Shown here: piece after piece, positions 1 to 9,456 of the stretch | How the letters are laid out: each line of letters opens with the position of its first letter | Position numbering within the stretch: the first letter of the stretch is position 1 | Virus record (IMG/VR): IMGVR_UViG_3300027754_000042 | Source of the DNA: a virus | Reading direction: 5' to 3' (one strand) | DNA: 64,000 nt | The notes under the pieces: model-generated | Seen by the model: only the letters and a program-made list of their open reading frames with translations | Told to the model about the DNA's origin: nothing | Database searches by the model: none | Made by a program: the position numbers and the translations under genes

Positions 1-64
1 ATTATGAGAAAGCCAAGACCTTGGTTGTTAATTATACCCAGTAGGAAACTTATATGATTGAGGA

Positions 65-295
65 TTGAGAGTCGTGCAAGATATAAATGATAGAATTTAC
101 ACTGATATGAAAACTATGATTGATCCAAAATATAATGATAAGCATTTTGTTCATAGAGTGATTAGGTTTCTTCGTGATTACCCTGAAAGAGCGCCAGACT
201 ATATAGATTTCGTTGGTGATGATTGGGAAACAAGGAATATAGATTACAGTGGAGATTGGATGGACATCTCTCAAATTAAAAAGCCAGGAAATTAG
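65..295 (+). CDS. Small hypothetical protein, paralog of 11244..11426 (start uncertain)
   Basis: Shares DPKYN-K--HR-I-FLRD-PERA-DY-D-V--W-TRNID with ORF 11244..11426. Confidence 0.65.
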   Translation: MRVVQDINDRIYTDMKTMIDPKYNDKHFVHRVIRFLRDYPERAPDYIDFVGDDWETRNIDYSGDWMDISQIKKPGN

Positions 296-330
296 ACCAT
301 TGGCAGAACGAAAATCAGCGGGATAGAAAA

Positions 331-870
331 ATGAACCGATTTATTCTCGACCAGAATCCAGTCAAGGCCGCGGAGTACCACTGTGACAAGCATGTGGTCA
401 AGATGATTCTCGAAGAAGCGCAGATGCTTTCTACGGTTCATCGTGTCATCGACGGCGACGAATATGTTGACGCATCGTCTGGGCGCAAGATCAAGCGGTG
501 GCGTTTGAACGATGACCGCGAGCTTTCACTATACAAGGCTACACATGTTGGTCATCCGTGTACGCAATGGGCTATGCAGTCTTCGGACAACTATGTGTGG
601 GCTGTCATGTTGTTTCGTGCGCTACTGAATGAGTATCGCCATCGGTACAACAAGGTACACAAATGCGAAATATTGTGGAAGACTTTGCACCACAAGCCGA
701 ACGGTATGAAAAATGGCCCTGTGTATGAATTTCCACAGGCTATGCCTGACGATTGTAAGCGGCCTGATCCTATTGAAGGCTATCGGAAGTACTACATAGA
801 ACACAAAGCGCGATTCGCAAAATGGACGAATCGGCCTACACCAGATTGGTTCACATGTTCATCAAAGTAA
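331..870 (+). CDS. Pyrimidine-dimer DNA glycosylase / endonuclease V-like protein
   Basis: N-terminal LDQNPVKAAEYHCDKHVVKMILEEAQML, YKATHVGHPCTQW and C-terminal FAKWTNRPTPDW are typical of this phage family. Confidence 0.75.
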   Translation: MNRFILDQNPVKAAEYHCDKHVVKMILEEAQMLSTVHRVIDGDEYVDASSGRKIKRWRLNDDRELSLYKATHVGHPCTQWAMQSSDNYVWAVMLFRALLNEYRHRYNKVHKCEILWKTLHHKPNGMKNGPVYEFPQAMPDDCKRPDPIEGYRKYYIEHKARFAKWTNRPTPDWFTCSSK

Positions 871-1067
871 CAAACACCGCGAATGAATTTCAAGGTGAAG
901 CCATCTTCATTAATGTCGATCATATCACTGCGGTATATGACCATGCTAAAATTAAAGATGGTAGCTTGACAACCTTCATTCATGCAAGAATTGGACCTCC
1001 GATCACATGGGAAGTTGAAGAGTCCGCCACACAAGTTATGAAACTAATCAAGGAAGCTACAGTATGA
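855..1067 (+). CDS. Small hypothetical protein
   Basis: ORF coupled between the glycosylase and thyX; ATG at 855 preferred over track start 822. Confidence 0.6.
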   Translation: MFIKVTNTANEFQGEAIFINVDHITAVYDHAKIKDGSLTTFIHARIGPPITWEVEESATQVMKLIKEATV

Positions 1068-1837
1068 ACACCGCTAAAATTATTGCTATGACAGAACCGA
1101 AGATTTGGACGGATGCACCTGGTGATCCTCAGAGGCTTTCGGTTGATGAGTTTATCGCATACGTGGCCCGCGTGAGTAATCCATCTAACCAGAATAACTC
1201 ACTGACAGCTTCAAAGCTTTTGAAGTACCTTGCGAAGCATAAACATTGGTCACCTTTTGAGATGGTTGATGTGGTGATGGAAATCAATACCACCCGTGAT
1301 ATTGGTAGACAGATCCTGCGTCACCGTTCATTCCGTTTTCAGGAGTTCAGTCAACGCTATGCCGATCCCACGAAAGACATGGGGTTCGTTACCCGTGAAG
1401 CCCGTCTACAAGACACAAAAAATCGACAGAACTCAGTTGAGATTTCAGATGATGTAACCTACGACTCGCCTATGTATGAACGTCATTATGATCCAGATGG
1501 CAATCTTACAAAAGAATCGGTTTTATATGAAAAAAGAAATCTTAAAGAAACTTGGTCCGCCTATCAAAAAAATACTACCGATGCTGCAACCGCCGCATAC
1601 AACTGGGCCATCGAAAATGGAATCGCAAAAGAGCAGGCTCGTTCTGTATTGCCTGAGGGACTTATTCTTAGTCGGATGTATATGGCTGGTAGCCTTCGCA
1701 GTTGGATCCATTATTGCCAAGTAAGAACAGACGCAAGCACTCAGAAGGAACACCGTGAGATTGCTATGCAGGCCTGGGATCAGATTACAGACGCATTCCC
1801 ATCGCTCAAAGAAGTACTGGCATCCCTTGACATATAA
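1064..1837 (+). CDS. thyX: Flavin-dependent thymidylate synthase ThyX
   Basis: HWSPFE, RQILRHRSFRFQEFSQRY (ThyX RHRx7SxR motif), EQARSVLP, TQKEHR. Confidence 0.95.
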   Translation: MNTAKIIAMTEPKIWTDAPGDPQRLSVDEFIAYVARVSNPSNQNNSLTASKLLKYLAKHKHWSPFEMVDVVMEINTTRDIGRQILRHRSFRFQEFSQRYADPTKDMGFVTREARLQDTKNRQNSVEISDDVTYDSPMYERHYDPDGNLTKESVLYEKRNLKETWSAYQKNTTDAATAAYNWAIENGIAKEQARSVLPEGLILSRMYMAGSLRSWIHYCQVRTDASTQKEHREIAMQAWDQITDAFPSLKEVLASLDI

Positions 1838-1840
1838 ATA
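1833..1840 (+). promoter_or_regulatory. T4-type late promoter TATAAATA, 5 nt upstream of the csgF ATG
   Basis: Exact T4 gp55 late consensus; gp33 is encoded in the window. Confidence 0.75.
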
Positions 1841-1845
1841 GGTGC

Positions 1846-2286
1846 ATGAGAAAGCTTTTAGTAGCTTTGTTATGTGTGGCAGCAATGCCGCTATATGCGA
1901 CCGAACTACAGTTCAATTTTAAAAGCCCCGCCTTCTCAGGTGTGGGCTTTTCTTCGCATGTCCTGACCATTGAGAATCTGGAACAGACCAGACGCCAAAA
2001 GATCATGGACGACAAGGTAGCAGCAGCTTCTAAGGCCGCATCGGATGCTAAGAATACGAACCTTGCGAAGTTTATCAATAACCTCGAGAGCCGCGTATAT
2101 GCTACACTCTCGCAGAAGATAGCCGAGCAACTGTTCTCCGACAACGGTGCCACATCTGGCACATTTAGCATAGCAACCAACAATGTCCAATGGTCATCTG
2201 ATGGTTCACAGATTACATTACGAATAACCGACGCAGCTGGTAGCGTCACAGAGGTTGTGGTTCCCTACGGGAGTTTAGCATGGTAA
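1846..2286 (+). CDS. csgF: Curli assembly protein CsgF-like
   Basis: Signal peptide followed by ELQFNFKSPAFSG (CsgF N-terminal F-x-F-x-x-P-x-F-x-G motif); immediately upstream of csgG. Confidence 0.85.
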   Translation: MRKLLVALLCVAAMPLYATELQFNFKSPAFSGVGFSSHVLTIENLEQTRRQKIMDDKVAAASKAASDAKNTNLAKFINNLESRVYATLSQKIAEQLFSDNGATSGTFSIATNNVQWSSDGSQITLRITDAAGSVTEVVVPYGSLAW

Positions 2287-3080
2287 AGATTGGTATGGTA
2301 TTGGTAGGCCTACTGTTGGCTGGTTGCTCGCCAACGCTTATGTCAAAGGATGTGATTGAAGAGGTAGCAGACGCGCCAGAAATCATTATGAACAAGCGGT
2401 TCAATGAGTTGGCTAGTTTGAGAGGTGTGGATGGATCCATCATTCCTATCGCGGTCTACCGCTTTCCAGATATGACGGGTCAACGCAAGCCCGCTACCAA
2501 CTTTGCCAGCTTGAGTTCCGCAGTGACGCAGGGTGCAGAGGTGTTCCTGATAAAGGCTCTCCAGGACGCCGGTAGGGGTCGGTGGTTTCAAGTGGTAGAG
2601 CGGGCGTCGCTTGAAAACCTCGTGAAGGAACGCCAGCTCATTCGTAGCCAACGTGAGCTATACGAGAAGGATCAAGCAAAGCCGCTTACACCATTGACCG
2701 TCGCAGGTATTATGATTGATGGTGGCATTGTTGGCTTTGATTCAAACATTGGCACTGGTGGTATTGGCGCACGATTCCTTGGCGTTGGGGCCAACCAAGA
2801 GTACCGTAAGGATGAAGTCACGGTGGTTCTGCGTTTGATATCCATAAACACAGGCGAAGTTCTGTTGTCCACTGGATCATCCAAGACTATTCTAAGCACC
2901 AGCGCAGGTGCGAATGTGTTTAAGTTTGTTGATGCGGGTACGAGGTCTGTCGAGTTTGAAGCTGGGACAACAGCGAATGAACCTACAACATATGCAGTTA
3001 GAATAGCAATAGAAGCCGCAGTGGTCGATATGATAAAAGAGGGAGCCAAAAAGAAGCTCTGGAGTATCAAGAAGAGGTAA
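2280..3080 (+). CDS. csgG: Curli secretion channel lipoprotein CsgG
   Basis: Lipobox LLAGC; AVYRFPDMTGQRKP, SSAVTQGA, WFQVVER, LENLVKERQLIR, EVLLS, NEP motifs of CsgG. Confidence 0.93.
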   Translation: MVKIGMVLVGLLLAGCSPTLMSKDVIEEVADAPEIIMNKRFNELASLRGVDGSIIPIAVYRFPDMTGQRKPATNFASLSSAVTQGAEVFLIKALQDAGRGRWFQVVERASLENLVKERQLIRSQRELYEKDQAKPLTPLTVAGIMIDGGIVGFDSNIGTGGIGARFLGVGANQEYRKDEVTVVLRLISINTGEVLLSTGSSKTILSTSAGANVFKFVDAGTRSVEFEAGTTANEPTTYAVRIAIEAAVVDMIKEGAKKKLWSIKKR

Positions 3081-3085
3081 ACAAA

Positions 3086-3763
3086 ATGAAACGTACAAGA
3101 CTGGCATTTTTGTCATTCTTGGTTATGCTTCAATATGCAAACGCCGCGAGCAATAGTGTGTATGTAGACCAAATCGGTAGTGGTTCTACAATTTCTATGA
3201 CTCAGACTGGCAACTCGAACGTGATTGGAAATACTGCCGACAAAGCAATATTCAACGGGCAGAATAACACTGTCACGATTGACCAGATTGGTAACACCAA
3301 CCTAATGAGCATCAATGTTCAAGGTGATGGCGTAACCGCGTCTTCACTTGTTACTGGTGATAATAACACCATCAACATGCAATGCGGTGTCAGTGGCACA
3401 TGCACTGGTTCAACATTAAACAACACCATCACAGGCGATAACAATACGATCACGCAGAAGGCCGAGGGGTTCACGATATCAAACGTGACGGTAAACACAG
3501 ACAACAACACCGTAAACATAGAGAATGATTCCAGCGCAGTCGCGGGTGCGAAGAGTACGGTTCTAATTGACGGTGGTGGTGGCAATAGTGTCAACATCAT
3601 TCAGACAGGCGTAGCATCTACGAATGGACATGAAGCCGATGTGAATATCTTAGGTGCAACAAACACTGTAGATATAAAGCAAGGTGGCGGTGTTGATTCT
3701 AAGGTCATTTCTACAATCACTGGTTCTGGCAATACTCTGCTTATTAAGTCCAACCACAACTAA
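3086..3763 (+). CDS. Secreted curlin-like repeat protein (CsgA/CsgB-like beta-solenoid)
   Basis: Signal peptide; repeated N-x-(V/I)-x-I-x-Q-x-G-x-x-N units (NSVYVDQIG, NTVTIDQIGNTN, NSVNIIQTG, NTVDIKQGG). Confidence 0.75.
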   Translation: MKRTRLAFLSFLVMLQYANAASNSVYVDQIGSGSTISMTQTGNSNVIGNTADKAIFNGQNNTVTIDQIGNTNLMSINVQGDGVTASSLVTGDNNTINMQCGVSGTCTGSTLNNTITGDNNTITQKAEGFTISNVTVNTDNNTVNIENDSSAVAGAKSTVLIDGGGGNSVNIIQTGVASTNGHEADVNILGATNTVDIKQGGGVDSKVISTITGSGNTLLIKSNHN

Positions 3764-4793
3764 GTCTGAAGTTGGTAAGGTCACAGAGCAAACAGGCCCA
3801 GCAGAAATAAAGCGTGATGCTAACTTGATTTCCAGCGCACTATCCAGTGGCGTTGAGATGAAAGATACCATAACGACTGCGAACGGGAAAACTGGTATCA
3901 CATTCCAAGATGATACCAAAGTCCAGATAACGGAGCACAGCCGCCTTGTCATTGACAATTTTGTTTACGACGGTGAAAAGAAAACTGGCAAGCTTGGCAT
4001 CAAAATGGCGCTCGGCACTATCAAATATGCATCCGGGCAAATTGCTAAATCAGATCCGCAACAAGTCATGGTGGAAACACCAACAGCAACAATCGGTGTC
4101 CGCGGAACTGATTTCTCAGGTACCGTCGATGAGATTGGTCGTTCTACTATTATTTTGCTTCCTTCTTGCCCTACTGGTTGGCGAAATATTGAACGCGACT
4201 GTGTGGTTGGTTCCATTTCAGTAACGACGGATATGGGCACTATCTGGTTGACTAAGCCATTTGAGACCGTCAATGTGCAGACCAGTATGAGTACACCAAA
4301 ATCCAGCATTTTGAATTTGAATCTGGATCAGATAAATAATATGCTTATCGTAGCACCAGCAAAACCTGTCGTGCGCGAGCAACCAGTTGAGCGTATCGCA
4401 AACGTATTAGACGCAGACTTACTTGGTATTGATTTTCTCAAATACAGCGAACTTGAAAAGAACTACCTAACAGAGTACAACAAACTAGATCGCAACTTTC
4501 TTGACAGTGATTTTCTACTAAACTTTCTAGACTTATCGAACTCGCAGATGCTAACGAATGAGCTTGCAGAGTTCAATGCATTACTACCTAAATATAACGC
4601 ATCGACAGGCCTAAAGTATTTTGTTGAGCAGGATAATGTGACACTCTACCGTGAAACATACAACTCATATATGGAATTGACTGTAGCAACTACGCATAAC
4701 ATGACATTGAATTTGACTCAGGATGGTGGTTCAGTGACGCAGATGGTAAACAGTTCTGGAACCACAACGATAACTATAAAGCAGGGCAACTGA
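3684..4793 (+). CDS. FecR-domain periplasmic protein with a curlin-like C-terminal strand
   Basis: N-terminal hydrophobic segment; DTITTANG, FQDDTKVQITEHS, VETPTATIGVRGTDF (FecR signature); ends TITIKQGN. Confidence 0.85.
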   Translation: MAVLILRSFLQSLVLAILCLLSPTTTKSEVGKVTEQTGPAEIKRDANLISSALSSGVEMKDTITTANGKTGITFQDDTKVQITEHSRLVIDNFVYDGEKKTGKLGIKMALGTIKYASGQIAKSDPQQVMVETPTATIGVRGTDFSGTVDEIGRSTIILLPSCPTGWRNIERDCVVGSISVTTDMGTIWLTKPFETVNVQTSMSTPKSSILNLNLDQINNMLIVAPAKPVVREQPVERIANVLDADLLGIDFLKYSELEKNYLTEYNKLDRNFLDSDFLLNFLDLSNSQMLTNELAEFNALLPKYNASTGLKYFVEQDNVTLYRETYNSYMELTVATTHNMTLNLTQDGGSVTQMVNSSGTTTITIKQGN

Positions 4794-5056
4794 TGAAAAC
4801 ATTAATCGCGCTCCTTCTAATGACAACGCCTGCGCTATCGCAGACAGTAAATAATGCAACCGTGAACATCATAGGATCCTTACAGAATGTTAGTATTACT
4901 CAGTCTGGTGCTAATCATAGTGCTACCCTTAATTTCACTGGCAATAATATCTCGGCTATTGTATCTCAATCTGGAAACACGCCTCAGTCTTTTAGTCTTA
5001 GTGTTACTTGTGGTCTCAATTGTCCCAATAGTCCTTATATCGTTAGCCAATACTGA
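4793..5056 (+). CDS. Small secreted curlin-like protein
   Basis: Signal peptide; NVSITQSGANH and IVSQSGNTP repeats; C-terminal Cys pair. Confidence 0.65.
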   Translation: MKTLIALLLMTTPALSQTVNNATVNIIGSLQNVSITQSGANHSATLNFTGNNISAIVSQSGNTPQSFSLSVTCGLNCPNSPYIVSQY

Positions 5057-7113
5057 TGGAAAAGCTAGTCAAGTTTCTTACAAGCACATGGATGGTTGCT
5101 ATCAGCGCCTGTCTCCTGTTGACATTGTATGCAATCAACCCAAGCGCGATTCAAACGCTTCAGCTAAAGACCTTTGATTATCTTATCACTTCTCTGGAGA
5201 AGAAACAATCAGAAGAGATTGTAATTGTTAACTTTGGTGAGAAGTCGGTTGAGAAGTTTGGTCAGTGGCCATTTGACAGACGAGATATCGCAAAGACAAT
5301 CAATAAACTAAAAGAGAACGGCGCTTCGGTAATCGTTGCGCCTATTCTATTCTCTGAAAAAGACAGAGCAGGTGGCGATGATGAACTGGCAAAAACTCTT
5401 GAAGGTGTTGTCCTCGCACAAACACCTACTACTCAAAACAGTAAGCCCGACTCGGTTCGTCGTGGGTTCGCTGCTATCGGTCCTGTTGATCCTGCTAGGG
5501 TTGTCTATCGTTGGCCTGGTGGATTACGCCCTCTTGACAAGTATGCCGAAGTTGCCTCAGGCGTTGGTGTGGTCGCAACAATCTCTGAATTGGACGGTGT
5601 GGTTCGCCGTATGCCTCTACTTGTCAATATTGCATCTGGTCTTTATCCTAGCATTCCTTTGGAGACCATTCGTGTCGCTGCTGGAGACCCTAGCTTTCAA
5701 GTTAAGACGAACGAAGGTGGAATAGAAGCTGTAAGAGTCCCAGCTTTTCCACCAATCTCAACCGACGAGCGCGGGCGCATCTGGTTATCTTGGAATACCA
5801 AATTTGATACGCTAGAAGCAACCGAGATAGACGCTCGCGTGAAGGACAAGATTGTTATTCTTGGTCTAACGATTGAAGGCGTTGGTGGTATCATAGCAAC
5901 ACCAATCGGTGAGAAGTGGGCCCATGAGATTCAAGCGCAGACACTCCAAACACTGGTAGACGGAACTTCTATTTCTCGCCCCAACGTAGGAAGGCTAATA
6001 GAAGGAGCACTACTAACCACCATGCTACTACTATTGCTCCATATAGTTCCAAGACTGACGGTAGTGATGACAGTTCCATTCTACGCTTTCATTGTGGTTG
6101 GATTATCAGCAGCGAGTTATTATTTATTCAAAACAGAGCTACAACTATGGGACGCAAGCTATATCGTATTGTCTATAACTGTTGTATATGGGCACTTGGT
6201 ATTCAACAATTTCGCTCGCGAGTTTAGACTAAAGCAACAAATTAAAAAGCAGTTCGGTACTTACCTTTCACCTGCACTGGTCGAGAAACTACAGAAGAAC
6301 CCAGAACTATTGTGCTTGGGAGGAGAGACCCGTGAGCTATCTATCATGTTTACTGACGTTAGGGGCTTTACGACTATCTCTGAACATTACGGTAATGACG
6401 TACAGGGCCTTACGAAAATAATGAATCGCTACATGACAGCGATGACGGCTAAGATAATTCAGAACGATGGCACACTAGATAAGTATATCGGTGACGCGCA
6501 GATGGCATTTTGGAATGCACCACTTGATGATGCGGACCATGCGAAACACGCAGTTAAAACAGCATTGGAGATGCTAGATGATTTGGAACGATTTAACAAA
6601 GAGATCGCCACTGAGGGTGTTCCACCCTTTGGTATGGGTCTTGGGATTAACACAGGCTCCGTTGTGGTTGGCAATATGGGTAGTAGTCAACGCTTTGATT
6701 ATACTTGCCTCGGTGATACTGTCAATCTAGCATCGCGCTTGGAAGGGCAGAGCAAGCCATATCATGTGAAGATGGTAATTGGTCCTAAGACTTATGAATA
6801 TGTGAAGGATGAATATCTATGCGTGGAACTTGATTGCCTTGCTGTGAAAGGTAAGAGCGAAGGTGTGAAGATATACACCATCGTTGAAAAGATTGGTATC
6901 AACAAAGCGTATGCTCGCACACACGCAGACTTCATCAAATACTATCGCGCACAGGAATGGCACCAATTGGAAAATTATTTCCATGTGCTTGAACCAGCAT
7001 TCAATGATGAACTAAGAGAATATTATGGAATGATGAAAGAGCGCGTGGAGGACTATAAAAAGAATCCCCTACCTAAGGATTGGGATGGCGTATTCCGTAC
7101 CAACAGCAAGTAA
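5056..7113 (+). CDS. CHASE2-domain membrane adenylate cyclase (class III)
   Basis: CHASE2 motifs GQWPFDR and DGVVRRMPL; three TM helices; catalytic FTDVRGFT, DKYIGDA, YTCLGDTVNLASRLE. Confidence 0.93.
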   Translation: MEKLVKFLTSTWMVAISACLLLTLYAINPSAIQTLQLKTFDYLITSLEKKQSEEIVIVNFGEKSVEKFGQWPFDRRDIAKTINKLKENGASVIVAPILFSEKDRAGGDDELAKTLEGVVLAQTPTTQNSKPDSVRRGFAAIGPVDPARVVYRWPGGLRPLDKYAEVASGVGVVATISELDGVVRRMPLLVNIASGLYPSIPLETIRVAAGDPSFQVKTNEGGIEAVRVPAFPPISTDERGRIWLSWNTKFDTLEATEIDARVKDKIVILGLTIEGVGGIIATPIGEKWAHEIQAQTLQTLVDGTSISRPNVGRLIEGALLTTMLLLLLHIVPRLTVVMTVPFYAFIVVGLSAASYYLFKTELQLWDASYIVLSITVVYGHLVFNNFAREFRLKQQIKKQFGTYLSPALVEKLQKNPELLCLGGETRELSIMFTDVRGFTTISEHYGNDVQGLTKIMNRYMTAMTAKIIQNDGTLDKYIGDAQMAFWNAPLDDADHAKHAVKTALEMLDDLERFNKEIATEGVPPFGMGLGINTGSVVVGNMGSSQRFDYTCLGDTVNLASRLEGQSKPYHVKMVIGPKTYEYVKDEYLCVELDCLAVKGKSEGVKIYTIVEKIGINKAYARTHADFIKYYRAQEWHQLENYFHVLEPAFNDELREYYGMMKERVEDYKKNPLPKDWDGVFRTNSK

Positions 7114-7117
7114 GATA

Positions 7118-7558
7118 TTATACTTTCTTATTTTTCTGGTTTGGCTCTTGCTTGGTATTTTGCTCTGGGTTCGTTATGGGCCCATCATCTATTTCGACAG
7201 CATTGTTATGATGCTTGGCTGCTAGTTCTTCAGCAGCTTTGACCTGCTTATCAGCCGCTTCTAGTTCGCGAGCTTGTGCTTTGGCTGCAGTCTCAACATC
7301 GTGCAAGTGACGTTCTGATTCAATCTCTTTGCCACGCAACTGAAGAACGATATTGATTTTCTGGTTCAAACGGATAAGGTCATTGTCGAGCATACGAATG
7401 CGGTCGATCAAAGCAATAAGAACGGTGCTTGCTTCACTTGTGACTGGTTTGATTTCTTTGGTTGCCCATGTCCATACATAGTAAATCATGTACCCCATGC
7501 CACCAGCAGCGACAATAGGAAAGCCATATTTGTTAATTAGATCAGCAATACCATCCAT
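7118..7558 (-). CDS. Small membrane protein with coiled coil (YvrJ/holin-like)
   Basis: N-terminal GFPIVAAGGMGYMIYYVW TM segment followed by an amphipathic helix; paralog of 9157..9438. Confidence 0.6.
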   Translation of the reverse strand: MDGIADLINKYGFPIVAAGGMGYMIYYVWTWATKEIKPVTSEASTVLIALIDRIRMLDNDLIRLNQKINIVLQLRGKEIESERHLHDVETAAKAQARELEAADKQVKAAEELAAKHHNNAVEIDDGPITNPEQNTKQEPNQKNKKV

Positions 7559-7563
7559 GTTTA

Positions 7564-9033
7564 TTACCTTTCGTAAACCTCATTGCCTATGACAAGCATA
7601 TCAATGGCATTTGTTTCATATTCATAAAGAGCATTTGCAGAAAATGCTGCAATTGGATTTCCAGCGTTATTCAAACTCGTATTTAGAAGAACTGGACAAT
7701 TAGTTAGCTCATAAAATTTTTCAAGCAATTGCCGAAATTGCCCAGTTGTTACGGTTTGAAATCTGCAAGTACCATCAACATGTGTTATTGATGATAGATT
7801 ATCTTTCTGTACTTTACCCACATATAGCATATAAGGATTTTCATAATCCACATCAAAATACTCTTTTGCAAATTCTGCTAATATGGAAGAACCAAATGGT
7901 CTAAAAGATTCTCGATTCTTTACCCGATTGATTTTGTCTTTGCCATTTACAATTCTAGGATCCATAAGTATGGATCTGTTACCCAATGCTCTAGGTCCAA
8001 TCTCTCCATTACCCTGATACCAAGCAACTATTTTACCATTGGCTAAAGCATTTACAACTCTATCTAATTGTAAGCATTCGGATGGAGGAGATTCGTCTGA
8101 TTGGCAAAAAGGAAAATTGCTCATACTTAACCTAGGTAGATTATGTTTTCTGCGTAGAAATTCCATGCCACCCAAAGATAAACCTTCATCGCCAGAATAC
8201 GGCATCACTACAAGATTTGGATATTTTTCTTTGAGTTTGGAATTCCATATCACATTCTGAGCGACACCACCACTATAACCTATTCGTTCATTTGGTTTAG
8301 CGTATTTTTCAAATAGCTCTAAAACCATTTCTCCATATCGTTCATGGACAGTTCTTAACCAATTTAATTTTTTGGTATATCCTTCAAAAGTGTACATCAC
8401 AGGATTTATATTATAGATATCGTATTTTCTTAATAGCTTCAATAGTTCATTATCAATGTTACCATAAGATTGTGCTCCCATTAACTTACCAGCCAAATCT
8501 ATATCGTCGCCTTTTATATTTAACTTATGACCTATGTGTGTTAAACTGAAACCTATAGACCCAGCTATATCTATATAACCACAATCAAGAAACTGTTCTC
8601 CACGATATACGGACCAACTCTTCAATGATCCTTTACCATCTATATTAATGCTGATATCAACGTCTTCTAAAAGAGAAACACTAAGAGCGTGTGCGTAATG
8701 ATGGTCTATAAATTTTGTTCCGTCGGTAGATTCACAATATATGTGCTTTATTAGATTTTTAAAATTTGATTGCGGCTCAACTGTATTAGAGTCAGCAGAA
8801 ACAAAAATTACATCATCAACATCGTCTCTACTAACACCCCATATTTTTTTTGTTATATCATCACAATCGTTAACAGATAATTTGTGGTGTTTTATCTGAA
8901 ACATTCTTTCGCTTTTAAAATAACGAATAGTTTTTCCATCAAAATAGCTGATATTCGAATCATGTGCAGCATAACGTCTAATAGTAGGTGGTGGTGTTTC
9001 GTACGGCCAAACATGATATGACAAAAATTTCAC
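7564..9033 (-). CDS. Carbamoyltransferase (NodU/CmcH/TobZ family)
   Basis: HDSN, DHHYAHA, IDGKG, AGKLMG, SGGVAQNV, GDEGLSLG, EIGPRALGNRSIL, KNRESFRPF, THVDGTCR, LLNTSLN; GTG start at 9033 behind GGAG (track start 9039). Confidence 0.92.
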   Translation of the reverse strand: MKFLSYHVWPYETPPPTIRRYAAHDSNISYFDGKTIRYFKSERMFQIKHHKLSVNDCDDITKKIWGVSRDDVDDVIFVSADSNTVEPQSNFKNLIKHIYCESTDGTKFIDHHYAHALSVSLLEDVDISINIDGKGSLKSWSVYRGEQFLDCGYIDIAGSIGFSLTHIGHKLNIKGDDIDLAGKLMGAQSYGNIDNELLKLLRKYDIYNINPVMYTFEGYTKKLNWLRTVHERYGEMVLELFEKYAKPNERIGYSGGVAQNVIWNSKLKEKYPNLVVMPYSGDEGLSLGGMEFLRRKHNLPRLSMSNFPFCQSDESPPSECLQLDRVVNALANGKIVAWYQGNGEIGPRALGNRSILMDPRIVNGKDKINRVKNRESFRPFGSSILAEFAKEYFDVDYENPYMLYVGKVQKDNLSSITHVDGTCRFQTVTTGQFRQLLEKFYELTNCPVLLNTSLNNAGNPIAAFSANALYEYETNAIDMLVIGNEVYER

Positions 9034-9035
9034 GA

Positions 9036-9176
9036 TCAACTCTCCCTAAAAATTTTTTGCGCCAAGCTTTTATTTTTGGTTATCAAAAATACCCAATCAT
9101 TTAGAAGTACGGTATAATATGATATACCGTTTCTGGTTCTTTCTATCACTTCAATCTTAATCCCTTCGTGCGTCAT
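9036..9176 (-). CDS. Small hypothetical protein (46 aa, MTHEGIKIEVIERTRNGISYY...)
   Basis: Hand-translated ORF filling the gap between 9157..9438 and the carbamoyltransferase; below the track cutoff. Confidence 0.45.
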   Translation of the reverse strand: MTHEGIKIEVIERTRNGISYYTVLLNDWVFLITKNKSLAQKIFRES

Positions 9177-9438
9177 TCTTACCATCCGCTCTTGCGATAC
9201 GATCCACATCTGGCTTCACACCAAGAGCATTCGAAACCAAAGTGTCAATACGAATAACATCGTGGTTCATTGTCTTTACTCGATTGTCCAGCGCGGTGAT
9301 GATGCCAGATAGACCCTTGACACTGGACATAACACCTGCTAGAATGAATTTCATTGTGAGGAATACGAAATAGCCACCCGCACACGCAGCCGCGATAGGA
9401 AAGCCAACTTCTGCAACTAATTTGAACCATTGATCCAT
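9157..9438 (-). CDS. Small membrane protein (YvrJ/holin-like)
   Basis: VGFPIAAACAGGYFVFL TM segment and ALDNRVKTMNHDVIRID; RBS AAGGAG; paralog of 7118..7558. Confidence 0.65.
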   Translation of the reverse strand: MDQWFKLVAEVGFPIAAACAGGYFVFLTMKFILAGVMSSVKGLSGIITALDNRVKTMNHDVIRIDTLVSNALGVKPDVDRIARADGKNDARRD

Positions 9439-9456
9439 GATTTTCTCCTTTACGCT

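Noticed and set aside
1440-1580. AT-rich in-frame stretch in thyX as a possible intron or intein
   Set aside because: It is short, keeps the frame open and lacks intein termini or group I features; more likely a variable loop
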